Shown here: positions 11,301-21,600 of the stretch, piece by piece
Numbering within the stretch: position 1 is the stretch's first letter
How the letters are laid out: each line of letters begins with the position of its first letter
From: Antedon mediterranea
Taxonomy: Eukaryota; Animalia; Echinodermata
Length of the DNA: 64,000 nucleotides
Reading direction: 5' to 3'
Assembly (NCBI RefSeq): GCF_964355755.1
Contig: NC_092676.1
Span: 5,371,888 to 5,435,887 of the forward strand
Notes under the pieces: model-generated
What the model was told of the DNA's origin: nothing
The model's input: only the letters and a program-made list of their open reading frames with translations
Databases searched by the model: none
Position numbers and translations under genes: made by a program

Positions 11301-14300
11301 ACTCATGCTTCTTCTTATCAAGCAACTGTTGGAAGAAATTAAAAACATTATCGATTATTTCACAAAACAAAATATAAACTTAAAACCAATTGGATGGCAG
11401 TCAATTTGACTATTTTTTTGCTTTAAATGACAGTTTTTGTAAAAAAAACTATTCTGTGACATTAAATTAAACTATTCAACAATTTTTTTTTTTTTTTTTT
11501 TTCTGGGGGACAATAGATCTTTAAAGGTTGCAGCTATGGATGTCTAAGGGGCAGTTGTTACCTTCATAATGTGGTTAGGCCCTCTACGGACCCACGTTTA
11601 TTTAATCTTTTTAATAATTACGATATATATGGCAATTACCTGCTTGATACACCTGTGAAGGATGGACTCATGAAGCATGTCCAACTTGCCAAGTTCGCCT
11701 GTACGAAAAAAAAATTACATGAAAAAAGTAATTGCACAATAATGTTAGTATGTTAATAGTCCTTTGACACATACACTGCTTTAAACACGAGCGATAACAT
11801 GCATTTTCAAATAATGTTTACCCCCTCTATAGTAAGTCAGAATACCATTTCGTTGGATTTCTAGGTCATTGAAGCATGGACCTTTTAGAAATTCCATGGA
11901 CATGGAGAAAAAATCGGTTGAACTGCGCATTACATGTAAGAGAACACCAACTGAGTTTGACCCAATCACTGTGAATGGATCTGAAGTCAAGTGTGTTGAG
12001 CATGCAAAGTTACTAGGTGTCAATCTTGACCGTAAATTGTCGTGGCAGACGCATGTTGACTGTTTAACCAAGCGCGTTGTACCAAGGTTGTTTTTTCTTA
12101 AGCAACTCAAGAGGTCTGGCCTAGATAGACTGGAACTGCTCCGATACTATCAAGCAGTGATACGACCAGTTCTCGAATATGCCTGTGCTGTTTGGTCCCC
12201 GAGTTTATCCAAAGCACAATCTGACCAAATCGAACATGTCCAAAGAAGAGCGTGTAACATAATATGCCCCGATGGTACCTCGTATGCTGATACCTTAACA
12301 TCATCACTCTATCTGAACGCCGCGAGAAGTTGTCAAGAAAATTCTTTGATAAAATGAAAAAAGAAGATCATATATTACACTCTCTCTTACCTAAACCTCC
12401 CACACACAACCATCAGCTCCGACGCGTTAGATCGTTCACCCTCCCCAAAGTCCGGACACAACGCACAAAAAACTTCATTACTTTCCACGGAGTTTTCAAT
12501 GATTGGTGAATGATCAGTAACTGAGTTATGATAAGCAAATTGTGAACCCCTATTGGTTTGTGTTACTGGATGTACTATGATGGCCATTGAAAGACTGATT
12601 TGTGGACTATGATTTATTTTAGTATTACTTGTTTGGACTGTGTTATACTATGTGTTTACATATTTACTATTATATTTATGTCAACTTCATCACTGCTTAC
12701 TTGATGCAATAAAGGAAATAAATAAAATAAAACACGATGATGTCATATCACTACCATATTTGGGCAATCACACTTTTTTTTTAAACAAGTTTGATATTGC
12801 AGACAGCGCAGGAGGAAAAAAGCATATTCCTACCAGTGACAGTAATGGAAGGGGGACAGGAGGCTTAAACTCTGTCTACACTTTATGTGACAACAAATAT
12901 GGAGATGATGATATCATATCACTACCATATTTGAGCACACCATACTTTTAGTTGTCAAACTAGTTTGATAGTGTAGACAGGGCTTTAGGCCTAGAGAAGA
13001 TCGTGACAATGAATATGGCTTTGTCTTGGATCCATCCAGCATCAGATACATAATATACTGTTATATCATTACGAATATAATAGTAACTTACATATGAACT
13101 TGATGTTGCCAAGCATTTTAAGCTTAGCAACATGCCTCTGCTCCTCTTCCTCCATGTCCATGTACCCATCTCTGTCGTACGCTGAAATATCAAAGTTGAT
13201 CCAAAATTTAAAAAAGTCATCATAAAATGCCATATTTATTTGAATAAACCTCCCACTTTGAATAAATGCAACACCACGTCACCCTCTCCCAACCCTATAT
13301 ATTATTTGATTATACATGTTACCATATTACACCCAAAAAAATAAATTCCTCTCCTGAATAAACGCCACTAAAAACCCTCCTGTTCAAATAAATATAGTAC
13401 ATATCACACAATACTCTCATATGGTATCAAGTCTAACTAAAAAATCCCACAGTATCCGAGCATAGCGCAGTTTCAACAATATCTATAAATCATTCGGTTT
13501 TTATAATTTCTAACATAATCGTAATTCAGCAAACCTTTGAACGCCTTTGACCGGTTTTCAAACTCATCTTGACACTTGGCAATAAGGAGACGCTGGAAAG
13601 TCTAAAAGAAAGAAAAATCAAATTGAATAATTTAAAAAAATAAGACTAGAAGGGCACTCACAGAGCATAACCCTCCTCCTAGGCATGCGAAAATTGAATC
13701 ACATGTTCCCATTCAGCTATTCAAGTTCAACGTAAACATTTATTTTTTTTCTTACATCTTTCATAAAAAAATTACAAAATATAAAATAATAAATAAGTTA
13801 CTACTTCAACAAGATGGGTAGGTAGTATTGAATTTGAAATATATATCAATCATATTTATTTATCATATCTTTTATATTAAATTGTATTTTCTTTTTTATT
13901 CTTTTTTTCTTTAAAAAATTAATCCTGCTAACTTTAACAAATATAGAAAGAAGCAAACATACCTGATGGACCTTATAACCTCTAGTTGAAGTTCTTTGTA
14001 ATTTCTTTTATTATTTTAAACATATTTGGATTCATCTTAAATAATTTATATAATCTGTTTTTCATTTTAAACTTGATAACATTATGTGTTAGAGAAAACA
14101 TACTAGTTAAGACAAAAATCTTCATTATTATATGAAGTCTGTTGTTTTTTGGAGTTCCTAATTTTGTTATTCTATATTATTTATATTTTATATTTTTGTT
14201 TTGAGGAGCCTATTTACTACAAGCTATGCTTTTATTTACGCTCCTCCACTTTATATGCGTTATTAGTAAACTAAAATAACATTTTGGCAGATGTAATACT

Positions 14301-16332
14301 AATAAGTCTCTATGAATCTACAAAACTTATTACTGTACTTACTTACTTATTTTTCCATAAAATAACAAATATGAGTTTGACTTACTGCAGGGCCTGAAGA
14401 CCCAGGAGGTTCAAAATTGGGGGCTAATTCACAGAGACGTTTACATAGCTGAGCATAGGTGAAACTATATTTGGCTTCTTCAAGCGCCTTGTCAAAAATC
14501 TGAAATTAAATTCATAAAAATATGTCAAGTTTATCTGATTCAACAACAAAATTTTAATAAAACATCGGGCAGGGAACTGGCACAAGACAGCAAACCATTT
14601 TTTTACTGGCCAAAAAACATTTGGATTTTAATTGATAATTTTAACACATATATGAAATTTTCTGTGAAAAAATAACCAGCCAAAATTGGCCCGTTACTAG
14701 GAGATTTGACATGCCCGGCATGGCATTTACTGGACCTGTAGTACATCGAATGATAACATGTAGATTCTACCACATATGGAAAATGGTCTCGAAATCCAAT
14801 ATGGAATATAACATTACAGTAGAATCCGTAATAAAGGGGAACCTTCGGGGCAAAATAAAATGTCCCTCAAAAGTGTCATCTAAATATTTTCTAAATTTGT
14901 TTTGGTAGATACCCACATCACTGAGAACACCTGTGAGTTAGGTACTGGCTGGTCTATGCACCTTAAATTGCTGGTAAACGGAAGCAGTGATGTGGGTTCG
15001 ATTGGTCTTGTTTTTATTTTGGTTTTTGTCAAAATTATCTGTTGTATTTAGGTTTAAGGTTAATTTGTTTCATGGTTTTCACAAGAGCCTTGAGCACTTG
15101 TGTGGATTTGTGCGCTGTATAAATCTTATTATTATTATTAAAAAGGGGTTTAATCATAGTGTTAAAACATATTGCTATGCTTTTGTTTTATGGAAATAAT
15201 AAGGGTGTCCCCTGAATAGAGGTGTCCCAAAGGGAAGGGGATCTACTGTAAACGTATTCTAACTCACCAAGAGGATAATTCCTTTAAGTATAGCTTTGGA
15301 GTCTATGCCGACATTAAGTAAATCATTGCAAAGTTTGTCAAATTTTTCAGGGGCGATTTTATTGAGGATTCTGAAAAAAAAAATATTATAATTATTATCT
15401 AGTTAATTAATTTTTATTAACTAGGTTAATTATTATATTCTTAACTAGGTTATAACTGGTTTTTAAACTAGGTTTTGATGACTGTATCTTAAAGCATGGT
15501 TCATAATTGGATGCAATGCTGTAGGTTCAAGCAAGTAAGGTGACCAATCACAAGGGACAGTTCAGAAGGTCCATTGCATCATGATTGGCCATGTTCATGA
15601 TGGTACTTGGCCAAATAACTTGTGACCCTGATTCTTATGCAACAAATAAAAATGATTATGGTCATTGGTCAACTGATGACCTTCTCCTTCTATTAGTTGC
15701 CGTCTTCAACAAGATGAAGCTAGCTCGAAATTGATGATAAATAACTAACCCTCGACAACGACGGAACACAATGTTATGTTTTTCATAGTCTGATATTATT
15801 GAATGACGTTGAGTGCTTGGAGGAACCCATCGTTGAAATTTTCGCGCTGACACATCTTCCCTGTAAATAAAAATCTTTATATTTAAGCAAGCAGGAGGCA
15901 AAATAAATTATATTTTAGCTGTGAAAGGGAGGAGAGTGAGCCCCTAGTATACCTGAATGCAATTTTTTTTTCGTACATAAGTTGGGGACTCCTTATATAA
16001 GTTAACCTAACCTTCTAAATAATCACTGTCACTATAGTACAAAGATTCGAACCCCATATATCGACATGCAAAGTCCATAGCCTAATCCATTCGAACAAGA
16101 AATACATACTAATAATTTTTTTTATGAACCAGGTATTCCCCGGGTATGTGTGTTGTATTGTGTTCTGGGGGTGAACGTGGGATTATACCAGAGGATATAC
16201 GGCGATAATAATGGAATCAAATCATAATTATTGTAGATAGTACCTATTGATAATCTGTGGTGTCTCTTGCAGCCGGTTGGATTCACCGTAATACGCACGA
16301 GAAGCACCACTTCCTTGACGTGGCCCTTCCAC
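1285..16332 (-). CDS. EIF4G2: Eukaryotic translation initiation factor 4 gamma 2 (NAT1/DAP5/p97), 19 coding exons, 900 aa from a GUG start
   Basis: Exons (minus, GT-AG, phases checked): 16332-16244, 15860-15750, 15370-15268, 14499-14386, 13601-13535, 13181-13092, 11698-11640, 11325-11215, 10778-10668, 7850-7779, 7301-7058, 6370-6150, 5773-5537, 4749-4537, 4092-3787, 3208-3051, 2624-2416, 2086-1965, 1350-1285, total 2703 nt. MIF4G motifs (FRRCRGILNKIAPEKFDKL, KMLGNIKFICELGKL, EDLECLCQIM, LPARIRFML), MA3 domain, and W2 end (MLLRFFVNLYDMEVIDEEAFLNWKED...VNQWLTWLATAEEEESEEED*). There is no N-terminal eIF4E/PABP-binding region, as expected for eIF4G2. Confidence 0.96.
3275..3560. repeat. G-rich ~42-bp degenerate tandem repeat
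   Basis: Recurring gtaggtgtccagaggggaggggtgtc. Confidence 0.85.
5065..5515. repeat. Degenerate ~10/20-bp minisatellite (ataatctctacataaatctac)
   Basis: Directly visible tandem array in an EIF4G2 intron. Confidence 0.9.
6506..6549 (+). ncRNA. Minimal type I hammerhead ribozyme motif (family A)
   Basis: GCAC-CTGAAGA-T-TGAGT(tcat)ACTCA-T-GAAA-CAG(c)CTG-TA-GTGC. Stem I GCAC/GTGC, intact core, stem II 5 bp above a U-U pair, stem III with a 1-nt loop, GUA cleavage triplet. Confidence 0.75.
7953..8085 (+). mobile_element. 5'-truncated copy of the tRNA-Asp-like repeat with its 3' tail
   Basis: tatcaagcaggcggtccgagttcgaggctcggttggggcgactttttctcattctcacagatt...gggcggtttagaattaatgttc is the reverse complement of 10045-10187. 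Confidence 0.8.
8095..8355 (+). mobile_element. Second tRNA-derived element, 5'-truncated, with a ~55-bp inverted copy of its tail, between (TA)n runs
   Basis: tagtggtatgatactcgccctgtaagcgagaggttgcaggttcgaatcccgccagagacatttttt (A/B boxes). 8096-8150 is the reverse complement of 8272-8326. Confidence 0.7.
8515..8556 (-). ncRNA. Minimal type I hammerhead ribozyme motif (family B, Penelope pLTR/retrozyme type)
   Basis: Minus strand reads TTGCA-CTGATGA-A-GGGC(tagtgtt)GCCC-GAAA-GC-TC-TGCTAA, with palindromic AGCT in place of stem III. Confidence 0.7.
8703..9915. repeat. 68-bp minisatellite, about 18 near-identical copies
   Basis: Unit actgaaaaaatgacaatgctgtgggtatcagtggctggatctcaatggagatacaaaataaaataagc. 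Confidence 0.95.
10147..10218 (-). tRNA. tRNA-like cloverleaf with ATC (Asp) anticodon, probably repeat-borne or a pseudogene
   Basis: GCCCCAG-TG-GTCT AATGGTTA GGAC-A-TCTGC ATATCAA GCAGG-CGGT-CCGAG TTCGAGT CTCGG-TTGGGGC-G, followed by ACTTTTT. All four stems pair. A partial inverted copy lies at 7953-8085. Confidence 0.6.
10880..11170 (-). mobile_element. SINE body, Deu-domain-like
   Basis: Minus strand gtcttttcgaataaggacttaaaactggaggtcc...ttaaagaacccagtacatctttcgaaagag resembles the central domain of deuterostome SINEs (from memory). A related motif ccttcggatgagacgtaaa lies at ~52838-52856 (minus). Confidence 0.45.
11905..12732 (+). mobile_element. 5'-truncated non-LTR retrotransposon (CR1/L2 group), RT C-terminal region plus 3' UTR
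   Basis: ORF 11869-12357: KLLGVNLDRKLSWQTHV...RLFFLKQLKRSG...YYQAVIRPVLEYACAVW...IEHVQRRACNII. Frameshift near 12300. Ends in aataaaggaaataaataaaataaaa. Antisense within an EIF4G2 intron. Confidence 0.88.
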
Positions 16333-16336
16333 TTTG

Positions 16337-17129
16337 TTAATTGGCGCCAGCTAAAGCACTCTGAAAACACGAACTTTTTTTAATCAAGGCTGTGGACATA
16401 AAAATGTGTAAAAAATAAAATACTGTTCACTCTTCTTCTATTTACATTAAATAAAATCAAGATTTAGGCGTGTTGTCAAGTTCAAAAAGGTAGAGAGCGA
16501 TTCTTGACTCTGCTACTAGGCTTAGTACTAATACAGGTAGTGTAGCCTAGCTAGGGCCTACTAGCTAAAAAAATTACAAACACTATAAAAAACAGGCTGT
16601 AGAGTAGTAGCCTTCTTTTGGGAGTGTTTTAATTAACTTTATTTATCTTCACACACCCTGTGGCTGTAGTAGTAGTAGGCTAAATTTAAAATCTATCCAC
16701 AAACTACACTTATTAGGGACAAGGACTAAACACTAAATACTAAAACTGTAGCCCAGACAAGGCCTAGAGTTTCGTGCTAGGCCTAAACATATAAAGAGGA
16801 AGCATTCTGTTTAATTTGTAGACGGTAGGTACGGTACACCCGTGCAACACAAATGCCAAACGCCGATCGCCATATCGGGCAAATGCAATGGAATAAAACC
16901 GCTAAAATGCTGATTAATTACAATGTTAGAATTAATCAAATAATCCCAGTCTTTATCTAAAAAACATATATTACACAAACATCCCAAATTAAATAAATAA
17001 AGAATAAGATATGATTAATAATTTAAAAAATAAAAACGAAATTCTCACCAGTATGTAATGTGTATAGTCAACTCTGTTCGTCTTTGTTTTACAACCGATT
17101 GCGACACAAAGAATTTTGGGAAAATTCAT
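16337..17129 (-). CDS. Putative spliced uORF, 34 aa (MNFPKILCVAIGCKTKTNRVDYTHYILSALAGAN*)
   Basis: 17129-17049 joined to the acceptor ttttcag|AGT at 16360. The TAA at 16339-16337 ends 4 nt before the GTG start. Confidence 0.5.
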
Positions 17130-17145
17130 CCACTATGAAGTGAGC
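17049..17145 (-). other. EIF4G2: Probable first (5' leader) exon of EIF4G2 containing an upstream AUG at 17129
   Basis: Strong donor CTG|gtgaga at 17049/17048. ATG at 17129-17127 is open for 27 codons up to the donor. The 5' boundary is a guess. Confidence 0.6.
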
Positions 17146-18675
17146 CACCACACATTATCCCCACCTTTAAAATCGCACATTCTTTTTTTGTCTACAAATT
17201 ATAATGTTTTATTTTCAATAAATTGTTAATTAAAAATAATAACACTATATAAGTAAATACAAATAAATTCCTATATTCAATGACATATCCTTTAAAATCT
17301 GATTAAAAACAATTTACCATCGAAAATTGATCAACTTACTTTATTGACACATTGATACATTGTTTTTAATTCTATATGTTAATAATACTAATATTATATA
17401 AGTGTTAAATTATTTTATACATATTTTTATATTTATACCGACTCTCCATTATAGTAAAATAATAATTATAAGAATGGGCAACCTCATGTTATAACTTGAT
17501 CGATTGTGTCTTACTTAAAGAACGGCATAACGGTACTATACATACAGTCTATTCATAGATCTCTATGGTCTATGTATAATAGTGACGTTTTTCCTTGAGA
17601 AACAAAAATAAGATATATAATCATATAATTTCAATAAAAATAATAATTTTCTAAGCCAGTCCAATACCTTCATGATCAGTAAGAATGGTTGCCATACAAA
17701 TATTTTCGGTCTTATTGATCATGACGGTAGATTATTAGACTCAGGAAATTAAAACATCACTATCGAAGGCAATATGAACGGTTCCTAGTTCTATACAATT
17801 TCTCAATAAAGCCAAAAACATTGAAATGAATTTGATTGAAAAAAAAACAAACCCAAAAATGTATCAATTTTTTAATAAAGTTAAAATAATTTAAAATGTG
17901 TCCAAAATCACATACAAATTAATTTCTGACTATGGTATACACTAGTCGAAGGGGTCCATAGCATAACTCGACAATAATTAATAACATCAGTGTAATCATG
18001 GATAAAATAGCACACGTGCTTTTTTACCCATTTAAACAATCATTCCGCGCCGGGTCTTTCCAAAGTATTGACCAATCATCACGGAGGATGGAACGTGGCC
18101 GGTAGGGAACTAACTTTTTAATTGTTGCCGGTAGATGAACTTTATCGCTTAGCAAAGGCACTTTGGTATTAGAAGCCTATATATTAAATTAATATATAGG
18201 CTTCTAAGTATAGTTTGTATTAGTAGTACGTAATATTTTTTGGCCTACTCAATTCCCTTTGATGATATTAGGCCTCATGTCGAAAATATGTGTATACCAG
18301 TCGGTGCCCATAACTAGGGTAAGAACCAAAGATCGATCTCGGGTAGGGACCTCGCCAGGGACCGGGGAGCTTTTGCACGAGCACGTAAAACGTTAACTTT
18401 AACTTTATTCGTATCCATACTATCGCAAAAAAAGAGTAAAGACTAAACCTAATGGATACATAAGCAACTGTGACACACAAGATTTTAGAGATGTAGAGAA
18501 CATTGGGATAAAAAAACAAAACTTTTTTTTGGAAACTGGAAGGTTACGTTTCTTTGATATCGCCGACTGTTGTTAGCGCCCCCTATAAGGCATAACGCTC
18601 ACATAGCAACTAATCCATTTTCCACACTGCTTTGAACATAATGAAAAGGAGGAACGCAGATTTGGATTACTAAAC
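17130..18675. promoter_or_regulatory. Divergent promoter region between EIF4G2 and the AK-like gene
   Basis: The two 5' ends are head-to-head about 1.5 kb apart. CACGTG at ~18013, CCAAT at ~18072, CpG enrichment 18040-18600 and an X-box-like half site CATAGCAAC at 18602-18610. Confidence 0.55.
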
Positions 18676-21600
18676 ATGGGATGTGGAAATAGTAAGGAAG
18701 AAAGCAGTGAAGATGGGGGAATCACTAACAGAAGACCCCTTGTTGAAATTGAGGTTGGCAGCAATGTCAAGAAAACGGGAATTGTGTTCGTATTCGGTAA
18801 GAAAAATGACGTAATAAATCTGTGATTGAGTGGGACCGTGAGTGACTACCCGGACGGTTGGCGGTACGACGACAACGTACAAATGCACTTTCGTCGCCCT
18901 TGGATGGTTCTGTATGGTTATAACTTTTGTGGGTTGTTTTAGCCCTGTCACTGTCAGTTCATCATCTCTTCTTCTCATTTTTAGAGTTAATAAGACCAAA
19001 CTTGTTAGGACTATATAGTTGTACTCGACTACAAACAAGGATATTAATATTTATTTGGTGAAATTACTAATTAATTATATTTGCCATCATAAATAAAAAG
19101 ATTTCTTTCCTAATTATGATTATAAATTATATTATTATTACTAATTAGGGCCTAGGCCTAGGCCTAATAATAAATATTTGTTATTTAATAATGAAATTCA
19201 TACTGTATATATCTAGGCCTAGGCCTAGGCCCTAGGTCTATTGTATTGAATGAGATTAATTTCATTTATATTTATAAATAATTCAATTAACCAAGTAGAA
19301 GTTTAAAGTTTGAATCTTGATTGGAGTGCTTTTCTCAATCTCACACTCACAGATTTCATCATAAATGAATTAATTTTCAGTATATCACTAATTGGTGGTT
19401 TAGAATTTTTCTATGCTTATGAATTTAAATAAATTCCATGAAATAATACTGTTAACAGATAATTGTGAAGAAGCCATAAATGAATAATTCTTTATAACAT
19501 TAAATACATAGGCCTAGTATTTATTTATAGAAAATATGCAAAATTCTACTCTTATACAATACAACAGATTGCAGTTATTAGTAAATTCACAGATATGTCA
19601 GTTGCATATAAACGTACACAGATTGAACCTGCTACAGTATGAAGGCGAAAATATTGCTGAATAATTTTACATACTGATTGAAAAGATTGCCTGCCAACGT
19701 GAACTTGTGCTCAAACCATGAAGGAATAACAATAAATCTCTGACTAAAAAATCAATAAATAATCAGACAATTTAATAGCCTATTACAAATTTACCTTGCT
19801 TAAGAATCAATATTTATGCAATTGAAAATCAGTACATGACTATTGTGTATAGTGCTTTATACTACAGTAATCTAAAATTGTGTTAAAGTTATTTTACTAT
19901 GGTAGAAACTCTGTTCAGGAGACACCTTTGGGACTCAATAAATGTCACAATAATGCAGTATGTAGCCAGGGTTTCTACTGAATAGAGGTTGGTTGTCTTG
20001 TAGTGTATATTGTACACTGGCGAAAATAGTCCCTGATTAAATGGTGGACATAGCACTGACAACATAATTGTACACATGTTCTTATGTTTATTTTAATAAT
20101 ATTGAATCAGTTTGACATTTAGCCTTAATCATAATATTATAGCATCAGACACACTGGTATTTCTAATAAAGGAACTCAATATGGCTTTATCATTATATAG
20201 CCTTTAGACATTGTAGTGTGTATGTATGTTTTAAGCTGCAAATACATCGTGTGTACGTGTGACAACATCATCCATGCAATGCCTCAGGGAGCATTCATCT
20301 TGATCAAGCTAATTCATCATACCAATTTCAGTGACTGAGATGATAGCAATAATTATGATATAAATAAGCAGTATGGATAGTCAGAAATTATCATGATTTG
20401 AATGTTTCATGTGGAGAGGAAGATCATTGCAATTTAGAATTGATGTTATAAATTCTTATACAGACAACCCCTATTAAAGGGATACCTTTGGGACAGAACA
20501 AAGTGTTCTCTTTAGGGATGAACAGTACCCTGAATTGGCTATGTGTTTAAACATTACAGTTCCCCAGTGCTACTGTAGAGTGGAACTCCTATGGGGACAC
20601 CTTTGGGACTCAAGTGTCCTCTTAGAGCTTGGTTCCCACTAGGACGCAAGCCAAGCATGTAGACGCAATGCAAACCAGTTGACCAATGACAAGCGACCAT
20701 CAAATAAATCCATCGCTTGTGATTGGTCAAATCCTTTACGTTGCGTTACGTCGTTTTGTTGTGTCTCTAGTGGAAACCAAACATTATTATTATTATTATT
20801 ATTATTATAGTAGTAGTAGTCCCCTAGATGGGTGTTGGCTGTAGTGTTTTAATGGCCCTTGTTCATTTCATAGGACAGTATTGCCATAAGGGGGTGTTCC
20901 CCTAGATAGTAGTTTTACTGTACATTAGAAACCTCTATTAAAGGGACACCCTTGGACTTAAGTGTCCTCTTAATGGGGATGTACCCTGGATAGGGACACC
21001 TATGAGACCAACAAATTGTTCCATTAATTAGGGTATTTTTAGCAATAAAAACATCTATACCCAAAGACTTGTTAGGAAGAGATTGTTAATTTACAATGGA
21101 CAAAATTTGATATTGCCAATCCTATACCAGTATGTTAAACTAAATGTTAGATTCAATAAAAAAAAATTTTACTTTTCGAGTTTTATACTGTATCTCGTTC
21201 TTCGAGGAGAATAGATATAATATTGTCAGTTTATCCAGGTAAGCGGCACCAACACCACTGTTGGTTTTTACGTAAATAACTAAAAGTTAATTTCTTTGCT
21301 AATTGACTACTGTAGGTGGGCCTGGATCAAAGAAGGGTCGCATTGTGGATGACCTTGTGCACATGTATGGATTCAGGTCATTAATAGTCGAAGACATGAT
21401 TGCAAGAGAGCTTCCCAAGAAAATACAGAGTCCAATCGCTGTCGGCAACACAAGAGAAATGGCGAAATTACTGTCGGTAAGTATCGTCACACCATTCAAT
21501 TATCTCAATGATGGAACGCAATCGTCTTAATGAATAAATATTGCGTCTCTTTGAGTAGAGTTTATATTGACATGGGATTGTCTGAATCTCACATCCGGGT

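Noticed and set aside
16122-16370. 82-aa ORF from the track taken as the EIF4G2 N-terminus
   Set aside because: It begins in the intron and is in a different frame from the one that splices into the MIF4G exons.
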